Below the pieces are notes generated by a model. That model saw only the letters and a list, made by a program, of their open reading frames with translations, ran no database searches and was not told where the DNA came from. Positions 50,627 to 62,979 of a stretch of DNA of 64,000 nucleotides are shown here, piece after piece. Position 1 is the stretch's first letter, and each line of letters starts with the position of its first letter. Both the position numbers and the translations under genes were made by a program. The DNA comes from Candidatus Eiseniibacteriota bacterium (GTDB taxonomy: Bacteria > Eisenbacteria > RBG-16-71-46): the NCBI GenBank assembly GCA_963776245.1, contig CAVZLN010000006.1:800001-864000 (forward strand), in the 5' to 3' direction.

Positions 50627-51622
50627 CTAGCCCTCGACGTCGACCGGGGTGCGGGGCTCGAGGAAACGGCTGATGTCCATCCCGAAACTCAGCTTCATCT
50701 CGCCCAGGATGTCCTGGATCTCCTTGAGCGACTTCCGGCCGAAGTTGCGGAACTTGAGCATCTCGCCTTCCGTCTTCTGCACCAGTTCGCCGATGGTCTT
50801 GATCTCCGCGGCGCGCAGACAGTTGCTCGAGCGCACGGACAGCTCGAGTTCCTCGACGCTCTTGTCGAGCAGCCGGCGCGTGTGGACGACCTCTTCGTCC
50901 TCCTCCACATCCGCCTCGACCTCCATCGGCATGTCCGAGTGGATGAGGAGCAGGAAATGCTCCTTCAGGATCATCGACGCCCACGCGACCGCGTCCTGCG
51001 GCAGGATGCTGCCGTCGGTCCAGACCTCGAGGGTCAGCTTGTCGTAGTCGATGCGCTGGCCGAGGCGCGCGGCCTCGACCTCGTAGTTCACCCGCGTGAC
51101 CGGTGAGAACAGCGAGTCGATCGGGATGACCCCGATCGGCCGGTCGGTCGCGACGTGCGAGTCGGCCGAGACGTAACCGCGGCCGCCGCTGATCTCGACC
51201 TCCATGCGCAGGTCGCCGTCCCGGTTGAGCCCGGCGATGTGGAGTTCGGGGTTCAGCACCTCGACCTCCGAGTCCACCTTCAGGTCGCCGGCCTTGAGCT
51301 CGCCCTTGCCGCGAAGCTCGAACACGCCCTTCTTCACACCATCGCCGTGCAGCTTCAGCCGCACCTGCTTCAGGTTGAGGATGAGCTCGGTGACGTCCTC
51401 GATGACGCCCGGGAGCGTCGAGAACTCGTGCAAGACGCCGTCGATCCGCACCGCGGAGATCGCGGCGCCCTGCAGCGATGAGAGCAGGGTACGGCGCAGC
51501 GCGTTCCCGAGCGTGACCCCGAATCCGCGCTCGAGGGGCGACAGCTCGAACTTCCCGTACCGGTCGGTATTCGCCGAGTCGGCCTCGACCTGCTTCGGCA
51601 TGGTCAGATTCTTCCACTTCAT
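50627..51622 (-). CDS. rpoA: RNA polymerase alpha subunit
   Basis: PLERGFGVTLGNALRR, LHEFST, ELSVRSSNCL, NFGRKSL. Confidence 0.98.
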   Translation of the reverse strand: MKWKNLTMPKQVEADSANTDRYGKFELSPLERGFGVTLGNALRRTLLSSLQGAAISAVRIDGVLHEFSTLPGVIEDVTELILNLKQVRLKLHGDGVKKGVFELRGKGELKAGDLKVDSEVEVLNPELHIAGLNRDGDLRMEVEISGGRGYVSADSHVATDRPIGVIPIDSLFSPVTRVNYEVEAARLGQRIDYDKLTLEVWTDGSILPQDAVAWASMILKEHFLLLIHSDMPMEVEADVEEDEEVVHTRRLLDKSVEELELSVRSSNCLRAAEIKTIGELVQKTEGEMLKFRNFGRKSLKEIQDILGEMKLSFGMDISRFLEPRTPVDVEG

Positions 51623-51656
51623 GAGGAATGCCCCCTCAGGAGAAGGCGATCAGTCA

Positions 51657-52286
51657 TCACTTCGAGTAGAGCTCGACGATGAGCTGCTCGTTGATCGGGA
51701 CCGTGATGGACTGGCGCGTGGGGATGCTCAGCACGCGGCCGGTCATCTTCTCGACGCTCAGGTCCAACCACTCGGGGGTGCTCTGCCCCTTGCGGGACTC
51801 GAGTGTGTTCAACACCACCGCGAGCTTCTTGCTCTTGTCGCGGAGACCGACCTCGTGCCCGGCCTTCACCTGGTACGAGGGGATATCCACCTTGCGGCTG
51901 TCCACCTGGATGTGTCCGTGACGTACGATCTGGCGCGCCATCGCGCGGCTGGGGGCGAACCCGAGCCGAAAGACGACGTTGTCGAGACGACATTCGAGCA
52001 TCTGGAGCAGGGTCTCGCCGGTGACTCCCTTCGACGTCGAAGCCTTGGCGAAGAAATGACGGAACTGCCGCTCGAGCAGCCCGTAGATGCGGCGGGCCTT
52101 CTGCTTCTCGCGCAGCTGCACGCCGTAGTTGGTCTCCTTCACGCGCCGGCTCTTGCCGTGCTCGCCGGGAGCGTAGGCCCGGCGCTCGATGGCGCACTTG
52201 TCACTGGAGCACCGCTGCCCCTTGAGGAAGAGCTTCATCCCCTCGCGGCGGCAGAGGCGGCATTTCGCATCGTGATACACAGCCAT
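51657..52286 (-). CDS. rpsD: 30S ribosomal protein S4
   Basis: CRLCRREG, QLREKQK, RLDNVVFRLG, IVELYSK. Confidence 0.98.
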   Translation of the reverse strand: MAVYHDAKCRLCRREGMKLFLKGQRCSSDKCAIERRAYAPGEHGKSRRVKETNYGVQLREKQKARRIYGLLERQFRHFFAKASTSKGVTGETLLQMLECRLDNVVFRLGFAPSRAMARQIVRHGHIQVDSRKVDIPSYQVKAGHEVGLRDKSKKLAVVLNTLESRKGQSTPEWLDLSVEKMTGRVLSIPTRQSITVPINEQLIVELYSK

Positions 52287-52301
52287 GGCGTTCGCTCCCC
52301 T

Positions 52302-52688
52302 CTAGACCCGGCGCCGCTTCGGCGGACGGCAGCCATTGTGCGGAATGGGCGTGACGTCCTTGATCGCGGAGATCTCGAGCCCCGCCGCCTGGAGCGAGCG
52401 GATGGCCGCCTCGCGCCCGGCGCCCGGACCCTTGACCCAGACCTCGACGCGCTTCATCCCCATGTTGAGGGCCTCGCGAGCGCTCGACTCGGCGGCGACC
52501 TGCGCCGCGAACGGCGTGCTCTTGCGCGAGCCCTTGAAACCCACCTTGCCCGCGCTCGCCCACGTGAGGACGGCGCCATCCATGTCGGTGATCGTGACGA
52601 TCGTGTTGTTGAAGCTCGCCTGCACATGGGCGACCCCGTTCACACTCGCCTTGCGGTCGCGTTTCTTGGCCTTCTTGACTTCCGCCAC
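52302..52688 (-). CDS. rpsK: 30S ribosomal protein S11
   Basis: [30 protein letters not shown]. Confidence 0.98.
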   Translation of the reverse strand: MAEVKKAKKRDRKASVNGVAHVQASFNNTIVTITDMDGAVLTWASAGKVGFKGSRKSTPFAAQVAAESSAREALNMGMKRVEVWVKGPGAGREAAIRSLQAAGLEISAIKDVTPIPHNGCRPPKRRRV

Positions 52689-52736
52689 TCGAAACCTCCG
52701 TGCGCGCGCCGCCTCCGCGGCGCCGCTGTCATGCCG

Positions 52737-53135
52737 TTACTTCTTGGGCGGCGCCGCCTTGGCCACCGGCTTCCTCACCGCTCCGGCGGTCTTCTTCGGA
52801 CCCTTGCGCGTGCGCGCGTTCGTCTTCGTGCGCTGGCCGCGCACCGGCAGCCCGCGGCGATGCCGGAGCCCACGATAGGCGCCGATGTCCATCAGGCGCT
52901 TGATGTTCATCGCCATCTCGCTGCGCAGCGAGCCTTCGACCTTGTGGTCACGCTCGATGATGCTCCGCAGCTTTCCGGCGTCCTCGTCACTGAGATTCTT
53001 CACCCGGGTGTCCGGCGAGACGCCGGTGGACGCCAGGATCTTGCGCGCCGTCGTGTGACCGATGCCGTAGATGTACGTCAGCGCGACTTCGATGCGCTTG
53101 TCCGCCGGCAGGTCGATACCCGCGATACGTGCCAC
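52737..53135 (-). CDS. rpsM: 30S ribosomal protein S13
   Basis: [35 protein letters not shown]. Confidence 0.98.
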   Translation of the reverse strand: MARIAGIDLPADKRIEVALTYIYGIGHTTARKILASTGVSPDTRVKNLSDEDAGKLRSIIERDHKVEGSLRSEMAMNIKRLMDIGAYRGLRHRRGLPVRGQRTKTNARTRKGPKKTAGAVRKPVAKAAPPKK

Positions 53136-53154
53136 GGAATTCCTCCTCTGAGCC

Positions 53155-53271
53155 TTACTTCTGGCGCTGCTTGTGCCGCGGATTGCGGGTGCAGATCACG
53201 CGGATCACGCCCTTGCGACGCACCACCTTGCAGTGCTCGCAGATCTTCTTCACCGATGTCCGAACCTTCAT
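53155..53271 (-). CDS. rpmJ: 50S ribosomal protein L36 (zinc-binding type)
   Basis: Hand translation [38 protein letters not shown]; below the ORF-track cutoff. Confidence 0.96.
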   Translation of the reverse strand: MKVRTSVKKICEHCKVVRRKGVIRVICTRNPRHKQRQK

Positions 53272-53333
53272 GTCCGCCTCCCGCCGCGATGCCGCACGGC
53301 GCTCACCGCCACGCTGCTTCGCGGCGCGACGAC

Positions 53334-53552
53334 CTACTTGTACCGGTACACGATCCGCCCGCGCGACAGGTCGTAGGGCGAGAGTTCGACCGTGACCTTG
53401 TCCCCCGGCAGGATCTTGATGAAATGCATCCGCATCTTGCCCGAGATGTGGGCCAGCACCTTGTGACCGTTCTCCAGCTCCACGCGGAACATCGCGTTGG
53501 GAAGGGGCTCGATCACCGTGCCTTCGACCTGGATGCCTTCTTCTTTCGCCAA
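53334..53552 (-). CDS. infA: Translation initiation factor IF-1 (TTG start)
   Basis: [28 protein letters not shown]...[15 protein letters not shown]. Confidence 0.96.
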   Translation of the reverse strand: MAKEEGIQVEGTVIEPLPNAMFRVELENGHKVLAHISGKMRMHFIKILPGDKVTVELSPYDLSRGRIVYRYK

Positions 53553-53646
53553 TCCGTCCCTCGGTTCTTCGCGACCCGCATGGGCCGCCCTGCCTCGCAC
53601 CGGACCCGGGCCCTCGGCCCGACTTCGGCCCGCGCCAGCCCGGCCC

Positions 53647-54408
53647 CTACTTCCCGCGCTCCGGAAGGAGCGACAGGATCTCGGGTCCTTCCGGACCGAC
53701 CGCGACCGTGTGCTCGAAGTGGGCGCTGTAGCCGCCATCCCGCGTCACCACCGTCCAGCCGTCGGCCTGCGTCTCGACATCCGGTCCACCGGTGTTCACC
53801 ATCGGCTCGATCGCGAGCACCTGTCCCGCCATCAGCCGCGGGCCCCGATCGGGCGGCCCGTAATTCGGCACCTGCGGTTCCTCGTGCATCTGCTTCCCGA
53901 TCCCGTGCCCGACCAGCGCGCGCACCACGTTGAATCCCTGCGGCTCGACGTGCGACTGGACCGCATGCGAGATGTCGCCGATCCGGAGACCCGCCCGCGC
54001 CTGCGCGATGCCGTGCATCAGCGCTTCTTCGGTCACCTGCAGGAGGCGCCTGGCCTCCTCGCTGACCCCGCCCACCGCGAAGGTGCGCGCCGCGTCCCCG
54101 TAGTAGCCGCCCATCTCCACTCCCACGTCGATCCCGATGATGTCGCCCTCGCGCAGCACGCGCGGGCCCGGGATCGCATGGACCACCTCTTCGTTCACCG
54201 ACGGACAGATCGAGGCGGGGAACCCGCGGTAGCCCTTGAACGCCGGGCTGCCCCCGTGGGCGCGGATGAACGCCTCCGCGATCGCGTCGAGCTCACCCGT
54301 GGTGATGCCCGGCCGCACCTCCTGCCCGAGACGTTCCAGCGTGCGCGCCACCAGCTGCGCGGCGGCGCGGATCGCCTCGATCTCCGATCTATCCCTCAGG
54401 TACACCAT
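53647..54408 (-). CDS. map: Methionine aminopeptidase type I
   Basis: [26 protein letters not shown]. Confidence 0.96.
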   Translation of the reverse strand: MVYLRDRSEIEAIRAAAQLVARTLERLGQEVRPGITTGELDAIAEAFIRAHGGSPAFKGYRGFPASICPSVNEEVVHAIPGPRVLREGDIIGIDVGVEMGGYYGDAARTFAVGGVSEEARRLLQVTEEALMHGIAQARAGLRIGDISHAVQSHVEPQGFNVVRALVGHGIGKQMHEEPQVPNYGPPDRGPRLMAGQVLAIEPMVNTGGPDVETQADGWTVVTRDGGYSAHFEHTVAVGPEGPEILSLLPERGK

Positions 54409-54412
54409 GTTC

Positions 54413-55075
54413 TCATCCCGCCGCTCGCGCGGCCGCCAGGACCTGCTCGATCGCGCGGTACACCTCGTCCATCGTGCCCAGTCCCGGCACCTCCCGCAGG
54501 CGCCCCCGGCTGCGGTACCAGCCGATCAGGGGCTCGGTCGACTCGCGGTACACCTCGAGCCGCTTGCGGATGGTCTCCTCGCCGTCGTCCTTCCGTTGCA
54601 CCAACTCCACCCCCGGATGGTCGTCGCAATGACGCCCGTCCCGGGGCGGCGCACTCGCCAGATTGTAGGCCCGCATGCAGACGGGGCACTCGCTGCGCCC
54701 ACCCAGCCGCCGCGCCACCTCGTCCTCGGACGCGTCGAGGCAGATCGCCGCGTCCACCTTGAATCCGCGCTGGGCGAGCACCGACTCGAGCGCCTCCGCC
54801 TGAGGCACCGTGCGCGGGAACCCGTCGAGCACGAACCCCGCCGCCGCGTCCGGCTCGGCGCTCCGTTCGCGCACGAGCCCGATCATCACGTCGTCGGGCA
54901 CCAGTCTGCCCTGCTCCATCAACCGCCGGGCCTCATTCCCCAGCGGCGTGCCCTTCGCGACCGCTTCGCGAAGGATCTCGCCGGTCGAGATCAACGCCCA
55001 GCCATGCTCGGCCGCGATCCTGCGGCCCTGCGTCCCTTTGCCCACGCCCGGTGGCCCCAGCAAGACCAACCGCAT
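54413..55075 (-). CDS. adk: Adenylate kinase
   Basis: MRLVLLGPPGVGKGTQ, LDGFPRT, QRKDD. Confidence 0.96.
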   Translation of the reverse strand: MRLVLLGPPGVGKGTQGRRIAAEHGWALISTGEILREAVAKGTPLGNEARRLMEQGRLVPDDVMIGLVRERSAEPDAAAGFVLDGFPRTVPQAEALESVLAQRGFKVDAAICLDASEDEVARRLGGRSECPVCMRAYNLASAPPRDGRHCDDHPGVELVQRKDDGEETIRKRLEVYRESTEPLIGWYRSRGRLREVPGLGTMDEVYRAIEQVLAAARAAG

Positions 55076-55077
55076 GG

Positions 55078-56397
<1,320 letters not shown>

Positions 56398-56403
56398 GCG
56401 TGC

Positions 56404-56853
56404 CTAGGCCTTCGCGCCGGGGGTTTCGACCGTGCCGCCGGCCTTCTCGACGACCCGGCGGGCGACTTCGCTCACGGCGTCCACCTTCACGGTGATCGCC
56501 GTGCCGATCTCACCGCCCGCGAGCAGCTTGATCGGGCCGGGACGGCGCACGATGCGCTGCGCCTTGAGCCACGCGCGGTCCACGACCACGCCGGCCGGCG
56601 CCTTCGCCAGCGCTCCCACCTTCACCACCTGATACTCGACGCGCCCGGGGTTCTTGAAGCCGCGCTTCGGCAGACGTCGCTGGACCGGCATCTGCCCGCC
56701 TTCGAACCACACCGGCACACCCCCGCCGGTACGGGCCTTGTGGCCCTTGTGGCCCTTTCCCGAGGTGCCGCCGATGCCGCTCCCGGGGCCCTTGCCGCGC
56801 CGCTTCCTCGTCTGCGTCGCGCCGGACGCAGGTCGGATCTGTCCGATTCGCAT
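56404..56853 (-). CDS. rplO: 50S ribosomal protein L15
   Basis: GKGHKG, FEGGQMP, RLPKRGF. Confidence 0.97.
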   Translation of the reverse strand: MRIGQIRPASGATQTRKRRGKGPGSGIGGTSGKGHKGHKARTGGGVPVWFEGGQMPVQRRLPKRGFKNPGRVEYQVVKVGALAKAPAGVVVDRAWLKAQRIVRRPGPIKLLAGGEIGTAITVKVDAVSEVARRVVEKAGGTVETPGAKA

Positions 56854-56858
56854 GGTTG

Positions 56859-57047
56859 TCAGTCCTTGATCTCTTCCACCTGCAGGAGGTGGCGGACCTT
56901 GAAGATCATGCCCCGGATCTGGGGCGTATCGACGTGCGTGACGGAGCGCTGCAGCTTGCGGATGCCGAGCGCCTCGAGCGTGCGGTGCTGATCCTGCTTG
57001 TGCCCGCTCGCGCTCACGATCTGGCGGATGAGCAGCTTAGGCGCCAT
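56859..57047 (-). CDS. rpmD: 50S ribosomal protein L30
   Basis: TLEALGIRK...[16 protein letters not shown]. Confidence 0.95.
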   Translation of the reverse strand: MAPKLLIRQIVSASGHKQDQHRTLEALGIRKLQRSVTHVDTPQIRGMIFKVRHLLQVEEIKD

Positions 57048-57567
57048 GCGACTCGCCTCCCCGGCCGAACAGCTCGGCCACCGTGCGACCGCGCATCGCC
57101 GCCACGTCAGAGGCGCGGCGCAGGCCGCGCAGGCCGTTCACCGTGGCCTTCACCATGTTGTGGGGATTGCGCGATCCGAGGCACTTGGTGAGGACGTTCT
57201 GCACGCCCGCCACTTCGAGCACCGCGCGCACGCCCGCGCCGGCGATGACGCCGGTGCCGGGTGACGCGGGCTTGAGGAGCACCTCGCCCGCCCCGAAATG
57301 GCCCACGATCATGTGCGGGATGGAGCCCGCGCGCGTCAGCGGGATGTTGAACATGCCCTTCTTGGCCGCCTCGCCCGCCTTGCGGATCGCGTCGGCGACC
57401 TCGTTGGCCTTTCCGAGGCCGACGCCCACGCGGCCCTTCTGGTCGCCCATCGCGACGATGGCGTTGAAGGAGAACCGCCGGCCGCCCTTCACCACCTTGG
57501 CGCAGCGGTTGACCGCGATCACGCGCTCGGCGAACTCGGACTTGGGTGCTTCATGCATGCGCGCCAC
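57037..57567 (-). CDS. rpsE: 30S ribosomal protein S5
   Basis: [22 protein letters not shown]. Confidence 0.97.
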   Translation of the reverse strand: MARMHEAPKSEFAERVIAVNRCAKVVKGGRRFSFNAIVAMGDQKGRVGVGLGKANEVADAIRKAGEAAKKGMFNIPLTRAGSIPHMIVGHFGAGEVLLKPASPGTGVIAGAGVRAVLEVAGVQNVLTKCLGSRNPHNMVKATVNGLRGLRRASDVAAMRGRTVAELFGRGGESHGA

Positions 57568-57577
57568 GAGACGCCTC

Positions 57578-57943
57578 CTAGAATTCCAGGCCGCCGGCGC
57601 GAGCGCCGTCGGCGAGCGCCTTCACGCGCCCGTGGTACAGGTAGCCACCGCGGTCGAAAGCCACCTTCGTGACCCCCGCCGCCTTGGCGCGCTCCGCGAG
57701 CAACTTCCCGACCGCGCTGCTGACCGCGGTCTTGCCCGTGCCCTCGACCTTGCCCGCGAGATCGTCGCGGCTCGAGGCCGTGGCCAGGGTGCGGCCCGCA
57801 AGGTCGTCGATCAGTTGGGCGTAGATGTGCTTGGAGCTGCGATAGACGCTGAGGCGCGGCCGCTGGACATCGCCCGACACGCGCTTCCGGATGCGATAGC
57901 GCCGGATCCGGCGCCGCTCGTACTTGTTGTGTTGTCCGCTCAT
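57578..57943 (-). CDS. rplR: 50S ribosomal protein L18
   Basis: [21 protein letters not shown]. Confidence 0.97.
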   Translation of the reverse strand: MSGQHNKYERRRIRRYRIRKRVSGDVQRPRLSVYRSSKHIYAQLIDDLAGRTLATASSRDDLAGKVEGTGKTAVSSAVGKLLAERAKAAGVTKVAFDRGGYLYHGRVKALADGARAGGLEF

Positions 57944-58479
57944 TATGCCGACCCCGCCGCCTTACCGGCCTTCCGGCGGATGTACTCGCCTTCGTATTTG
58001 ACGCCCTTGCCCTTGTAGGGCTCGGGGGGACGGAACCCGCGGAGATCGGCGGCGACCTGGCCCACCAGCGCCTTGTCGATGCCGCTCACGCTCATGCGCG
58101 TGGGGCTCTCCACCTTGACGGTGATGCCCTCCGGCGGGTCGAAAACGATCGGGTGCGAGAAGCCGAGGGCCAGCACCACCTTCTTGCCGTCCTGCTGGGC
58201 GCGATAGCCGGTGCCGACGATCTCGAGCGTCTTCCCGAACCCCGTGGTCACTCCGGTGACCATGTTGTTGATCAGCGCGCGCATCGTCCCGAACGCGGGA
58301 TTGCGCGTGATCTTCTCCGCCGAGACCCGGGCCTCGGAGCCTTCGACCACCACGGTCGTGCCGGCGAGCACGTGCGTCTTGAGCTCGCCCTTGGGACCTT
58401 TCACGTGCACGGCGCCGTCCGCCACCTTCACGGTGACACCCGCCGGGAGCGGGACAGGCCGCTTGCCGATACGAGACAT
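57943..58479 (-). CDS. rplF: 50S ribosomal protein L6
   Basis: [17 protein letters not shown]. Confidence 0.97.
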   Translation of the reverse strand: MSRIGKRPVPLPAGVTVKVADGAVHVKGPKGELKTHVLAGTTVVVEGSEARVSAEKITRNPAFGTMRALINNMVTGVTTGFGKTLEIVGTGYRAQQDGKKVVLALGFSHPIVFDPPEGITVKVESPTRMSVSGIDKALVGQVAADLRGFRPPEPYKGKGVKYEGEYIRRKAGKAAGSA

Positions 58480-58489
58480 GTCGGCCCCC

Positions 58490-58888
58490 CTACCAGACCT
58501 GGCAGACGAGCTCGCCGCCAAGTCCCGCTTCGCGGGCCTCACGGTCGGTCATCATGCCCTTCGACGTGGACAGGACCGTGGTACCCAGCCCGCCGAGGAC
58601 GCGCGGTACGCGGTCCTTCGGGACGTACACGCGGCGGCCGGGCGTGCTCACACGCTTGATGCCGCTGATCACGCTGACGTCGTCCGCGGTGTACTTGAGG
58701 TACACGCGCAGCATCCCCTGCTTGGTATCCTCGATCAGCTTGAAGTTGTTGATGTACCGCTCCCGCAGCAGGACCTTGGACAGCTCGGCCTTGACGCGTG
58801 AGGCGGGCACGTCGACCTTGCGATGCTTGGCGCGGATCGCGTTGCGCAGGCAGGTCAGGAAATCAGCCACCGGATCACTGACGGACAT
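58490..58888 (-). CDS. rpsH: 30S ribosomal protein S8
   Basis: DPVADFLT.LRNA, STPGRRVY, GGELVC. Confidence 0.97.
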   Translation of the reverse strand: MSVSDPVADFLTCLRNAIRAKHRKVDVPASRVKAELSKVLLRERYINNFKLIEDTKQGMLRVYLKYTADDVSVISGIKRVSTPGRRVYVPKDRVPRVLGGLGTTVLSTSKGMMTDREAREAGLGGELVCQVW

Positions 58889-58987
58889 CCATCCTCCTCG
58901 AGACCAGCGTCCAGGCCGTCATGCACCGCGCGAGTTGCGCGGCCACGGCCTGCAGCCTGGCCTCCTCCGCCCCCGCAGGGGCGATGC

Positions 58988-59173
58988 TCACCAGCTCGAC
59001 TTGACGACGCCCGGGATCTGACCCGAGAGCGCCAGTTCACGGAAGCAGATGCGGCACAGACCGAAATCCCGCAGGACGGCGCGCGGGCGCCCGCAACGGT
59101 TGCAGCGGGTGTACGCGCGCACCTTGAACTTCGGAGTGCGCTTCCATTTCTCGATGATCGACTTCTTCGCCAC
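58988..59173 (-). CDS. rpsN: 30S ribosomal protein S14 (zinc-binding type Z)
   Basis: RCNRCGRP...LCRICFRE, 61 aa. Confidence 0.96.
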   Translation of the reverse strand: MAKKSIIEKWKRTPKFKVRAYTRCNRCGRPRAVLRDFGLCRICFRELALSGQIPGVVKSSW

Positions 59174-59182
59174 GGGGCGCTC

Positions 59183-59869
59183 CTATCGCTGACGGAAGGG
59201 CATGTTCATGAGCTTCAGCAGCTCGCGCCCCTCTTCGTCGGTCTTGGCGGAGGTGACGATCGTCACGTCCATACCGCGGATCTTCCCCACCTTCTCGACG
59301 TTGATCTCGGGGAAGATGATCTGCTCGTTCAGACCCACCGTGTAGTTGCCACGCCCATCGAACGACCGCGAGTTGAGGCCGCGGAAGTCGCGGATCCGGG
59401 GCACCGCCACGTTGACGAAGCGGTCGTAGAACTCGTACATGCGGGCGCCGCGCAGCGTCACCGTGCACCCGATGGGCACGCCCTCGCGCAGCTTGAAGTT
59501 CGAGATCGCCTTCCGGGCGCGCCGCACCGAGGGGCGCTGGCCCGTGATCTGGCCGAGCTCGTTCATCGCGGCGTCGAGCAGCTTCTGGTCGGTGATGGCG
59601 TCGCCGACGCCCATGTTGATCACGATCTTCTGGATGCGCGGGGCCTGCATGATGCTGGTGTACTTGAAGTGCTCCACCAGCGCCGGACGCACCTTCTCGA
59701 GGTAGTACTTCGCGATGCGCGGCTTCTCCTTGAGGCCGGCCGGGCGTCCCTCGGTCACCGGTCCCGACGGACCGCTGGCCTTGCCCTCGGCCTTGGTGGC
59801 CTTGCCGCCCTTGCTCTTCGGGGGCGCCGTCTTGACCGCGCCGCCCTTGCTCTTCTTGTCGTCCGCCAT
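59183..59869 (-). CDS. rplE: 50S ribosomal protein L5 (N-terminal Lys-rich extension)
   Basis: [29 protein letters not shown]. Confidence 0.96.
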   Translation of the reverse strand: MADDKKSKGGAVKTAPPKSKGGKATKAEGKASGPSGPVTEGRPAGLKEKPRIAKYYLEKVRPALVEHFKYTSIMQAPRIQKIVINMGVGDAITDQKLLDAAMNELGQITGQRPSVRRARKAISNFKLREGVPIGCTVTLRGARMYEFYDRFVNVAVPRIRDFRGLNSRSFDGRGNYTVGLNEQIIFPEINVEKVGKIRGMDVTIVTSAKTDEEGRELLKLMNMPFRQR

Positions 59870-59936
59870 CACGTCACTCCAGGGTCAGGTTCACCGCGGC
59901 TCGGCTCGACCCTGGTGGTTCGAGCCGCGGATGCGG

Positions 59937-60263
59937 TCATTCGGGCTTGTTGATCGTCTCGCCGCTGGCGCGCGACACGCGCTCGCGCCGTCCGTCCGCC
60001 AGCGTGCGCATACTCACGCGCGTGCCCCGGCCGGCCTTCGCGTCCCACAGCAGCACGTTCGAGATGTGCACTGGCGCTTCCTTCTCGATGATGCCGCTCT
60101 TCATGCCCTGCTTGCGGGCCTTGGTGTGACGCTTGACCAGGTTGACCTTCTCGATGACGAGCCGGTTCTTGACCTCGTCCACGGAGAGCACCCGCCCGGT
60201 CTTGCCCTTGTCGTCGCCGGCGATCACCACCACCGTGTCGCCCCTGCGGATCTTGAGCCCCAT
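59937..60263 (-). CDS. rplX: 50S ribosomal protein L24
   Basis: GDTVVVIAGDDKGKTG, EAPVHISNV. Confidence 0.97.
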   Translation of the reverse strand: MGLKIRRGDTVVVIAGDDKGKTGRVLSVDEVKNRLVIEKVNLVKRHTKARKQGMKSGIIEKEAPVHISNVLLWDAKAGRGTRVSMRTLADGRRERVSRASGETINKPE

Positions 60264-60631
60264 CAGATCACCTCCGGCGCGAGCGACACGATCTTCATGA
60301 ACGCCTTCTCGCGCAGCTCGCGGGCCACCGGCCCGAAGATGCGCGTGCCGCGCGGCTCCTTGTCGTCGTTGATGAGCACCACCGCGTTCTCGTCGAAGCG
60401 GATGTACGAGCCGTCCTTGCGGCGGCCTTCCTTGACGGTGCGCACGACGACCGCCTTCGCGACATCACCCTTCTTGACCGCGGCACCCGGGATCGCGTCC
60501 CGGATGGAAACGACGACGATGTCGCCCAGGCGTCCGTAGCGCTTGTGGTGGCCGCCGAGCACCTTGATGCATTGGGCCCGCTTCGCGCCGCTGTTGTCCG
60601 CGACGGTCACCATGGTTCTGAGTTGGATCAT
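60263..60631 (-). CDS. rplN: 50S ribosomal protein L14
   Basis: MIQ...[26 protein letters not shown]. Confidence 0.97.
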   Translation of the reverse strand: MIQLRTMVTVADNSGAKRAQCIKVLGGHHKRYGRLGDIVVVSIRDAIPGAAVKKGDVAKAVVVRTVKEGRRKDGSYIRFDENAVVLINDDKEPRGTRIFGPVARELREKAFMKIVSLAPEVI

Positions 60632-60725
60632 TGGCCTGCTCCCGGGTGCCGATCGCACCCCATCTGCCGCGTTGCTCGGTCGCGCCTTGCAGCTGGGCCG
60701 CCCTCGGCCCCCTCACGCACTTGAA

Positions 60726-60989
60726 CTACTTCGCCTTTTCCACGAACTCCACGAACCGCCAGCGCTTGTCCTTGGACAGCGGCCGCGTCTCCGTGAAGCG
60801 GATGACGTCACCCATGCGACATTCGTTCTTCTCGTCGTGCACCTTGAACTTCGCGCGACGGCGCACGTAGCGGCCGTACGTCGGGTGCTTCACCAGACGC
60901 TCGATGGAGACCACGATCGTCTTGTCCATCCGATCGCTCACCACCTTGCCGACGCGGACCTTCCTTCTGCTGCGTTCGATCTCTGCCAT
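60726..60989 (-). CDS. rpsQ: 30S ribosomal protein S17
   Basis: [18 protein letters not shown]. Confidence 0.97.
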   Translation of the reverse strand: MAEIERSRRKVRVGKVVSDRMDKTIVVSIERLVKHPTYGRYVRRRAKFKVHDEKNECRMGDVIRFTETRPLSKDKRWRFVEFVEKAK

Positions 60990-61011
60990 ATCGCTCCGTT
61001 CCCCGGCCGCG

Positions 61012-61230
61012 CTAGGCGCGCGCCGAGCGCTCCTTTTCCCGGAGCACCGTGAGCAGCCGCGACATCTCGCGACGGCTCGTGCGGATCTTCAGCGGGTTGT
61101 CGAGCTGCTTCATCGAGTTGCGGAAGCGGAGATTGAAGAGCTCCTCGCGCAACTCGGTCAGCCGCGCGGTGATCTCGTCGACCGTCAGGTCCCGCATTCC
61201 AGTCGCCTTCACCTGAGCCACGTCACTCAC
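61012..61230 (-). CDS. rpmC: 50S ribosomal protein L29
   Basis: [11 protein letters not shown]...QLDNP; start could be slightly downstream. Confidence 0.93.
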   Translation of the reverse strand: MSDVAQVKATGMRDLTVDEITARLTELREELFNLRFRNSMKQLDNPLKIRTSRREMSRLLTVLREKERSARA

Positions 61231-61645
61231 CTCCCAGCTCGAGGCGTTCCACGAAGCGCGTCCGGATCGGCAACTTGGAGGCGCCCAGCTTCATGGCCTC
61301 CTGTGCCGCCGCGCGCGGGATGCCTTCGAGCTCGAACATGACCCGCCCGGGCTTGATCACGGCGACCCAGAACTCCGGAGCGCCCTTGCCCTTGCCCATG
61401 CGGGTCTCGGCCGGCTTCTTGGTGACCGGCTTGTCCGGGAAGACCCGGATCCACATCTTCCCCCCGCGCTTGATGCTGCGCGTGATGGCCACGCGGGCGG
61501 CCTCGATCTGGCGGTTGGTCACCCACGCCGGCTCGAGCGCCTGCAGCCCGTACTCCCCGAATGTCACGGTGCCGCCGCGGTGGGCCTTCCCGCGCATGCG
61601 GCCTCGCTGCTGCTTGCGGTATTTGACGCGCTTCGGCATCAGCAT
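61223..61645 (-). CDS. rplP: 50S ribosomal protein L16
   Basis: [22 protein letters not shown]. Confidence 0.97.
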   Translation of the reverse strand: MLMPKRVKYRKQQRGRMRGKAHRGGTVTFGEYGLQALEPAWVTNRQIEAARVAITRSIKRGGKMWIRVFPDKPVTKKPAETRMGKGKGAPEFWVAVIKPGRVMFELEGIPRAAAQEAMKLGASKLPIRTRFVERLELGGE

Positions 61646-61659
61646 GACGAACGTACCCC

Positions 61660-62325
61660 CTAGCGGCCGGTGGCCGGGGCCGCAGCCACCGCCTGCGGCT
61701 TGTCCAGCACCTCGCCGTGGAACATCCACACCTTCACGCCACAGGTGCCGTAGGCCGTGTTGGCGGTCGCGCGTGCGAAATCGATATCGGCGCGCAGCGT
61801 ATGCAGCGGCACGCGCCCCTCGCGGTAGGTCTCGAAGCGCGCCATCTCGGCGCCGCCGAGACGGCCGGTGCAGGCGATGCGGATGCCCTGGGCGCCCGCG
61901 CGCATCGAGGAGGCGATCGCCTTCTTCATCGCGCGCCGGAACGACACGCGCTGCTCGAGCTGCTTCGCGATGTGCTCGGCGACCAGCTGGGCATCGAGAT
62001 CGGCGCGCTTGATCTCCTCGATGTTCAGCTGCACCAGCTTCTTCGTGATCTGCTTCATCTCTTCGGAGAGCTTGTCCACCTGCTCGCCCTTGCGGCCGAT
62101 GACCAGGCCCGGGCGCGCGGTGCGGATCCCGATCGTGACCTTGTCACCCTTGCGCTCGATGGTGATCTTCGAGATCCCGGCCTGGTAGAGCCGCTTCTTG
62201 AGGTACCGCTTGATGAGCAGGTCCTCCTGGAGCAGCTCCGCGAAGTTCTTCTTCGCGAACCAGCGCGAGTCCCAGGTCTTCACGATCCCGAGACGAAGGC
62301 CGATGGGATTGGTTTTCTGACCCAT
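61660..62325 (-). CDS. rpsC: 30S ribosomal protein S3
   Basis: [26 protein letters not shown]. Confidence 0.98.
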   Translation of the reverse strand: MGQKTNPIGLRLGIVKTWDSRWFAKKNFAELLQEDLLIKRYLKKRLYQAGISKITIERKGDKVTIGIRTARPGLVIGRKGEQVDKLSEEMKQITKKLVQLNIEEIKRADLDAQLVAEHIAKQLEQRVSFRRAMKKAIASSMRAGAQGIRIACTGRLGGAEMARFETYREGRVPLHTLRADIDFARATANTAYGTCGVKVWMFHGEVLDKPQAVAAAPATGR

Positions 62326-62329
62326 GTGA

Positions 62330-62668
62330 TCAGGTCTCCCTGGTGGCCACGGTCACCGACACGTGGCTGGTGCGCTTGAGCAACGGAGTGGCGCGCCCCT
62401 GCGCGCGCGGCAGCCAGCGCTTGAGCGTCGGCCCCGCACCGACGATCGCTTCGGCGACGTAGAGGTCCTCGATCCGCACCTTGCCCTCATGGAGAGCGTT
62501 GGCCACCGCGGACTTCAGGACCTTCTGGACGATGCGGGCGCCATTCTTGGGCGTGAACTGGAGCGTGACCGTGGCCTGCTCCACGCTCTGCCCACGAATG
62601 AGGTCGAGGACCTGGTTGCACTTCCGCGGCGTGATGCGCACGTAACGCTGGATGGCTTTGGCTTTCAT
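62330..62668 (-). CDS. rplV: 50S ribosomal protein L22
   Basis: RITPRK, SAVANA, PRAQGRA. Confidence 0.97.
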   Translation of the reverse strand: MKAKAIQRYVRITPRKCNQVLDLIRGQSVEQATVTLQFTPKNGARIVQKVLKSAVANALHEGKVRIEDLYVAEAIVGAGPTLKRWLPRAQGRATPLLKRTSHVSVTVATRET

Positions 62669-62672
62669 GACA

Positions 62673-62963
62673 TCACTTCCCGGGCACCGCGACCTTCTCG
62701 GCCGCCCTCTCTCCGTGCCCGCGGAACACGCGGGTCGGGACGAACTCCCCGAGCTTGTGGCCGACCATGTTCTCGGTCACGTAGATCGGGATGAACTTGT
62801 TGCCGTTGTGCACGGCGAGCGTGTGGCCGACGAACTCGGGCAGGACGGTGCAGCGCCGCGCCCAGGTCTTGAGCACGCGCTTCTCGCCCGCGCGGTTCAG
62901 CGTCTCGATCTTCTTGACGAGGGAGTCGACGACGTACGGCCCCTTCTTGATGGAACGCGCCAT
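62673..62963 (-). CDS. rpsS: 30S ribosomal protein S19
   Basis: [18 protein letters not shown]. Confidence 0.98.
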   Translation of the reverse strand: MARSIKKGPYVVDSLVKKIETLNRAGEKRVLKTWARRCTVLPEFVGHTLAVHNGNKFIPIYVTENMVGHKLGEFVPTRVFRGHGERAAEKVAVPGK

Positions 62964-62979
62964 GTGGTCCTACTCCCCC

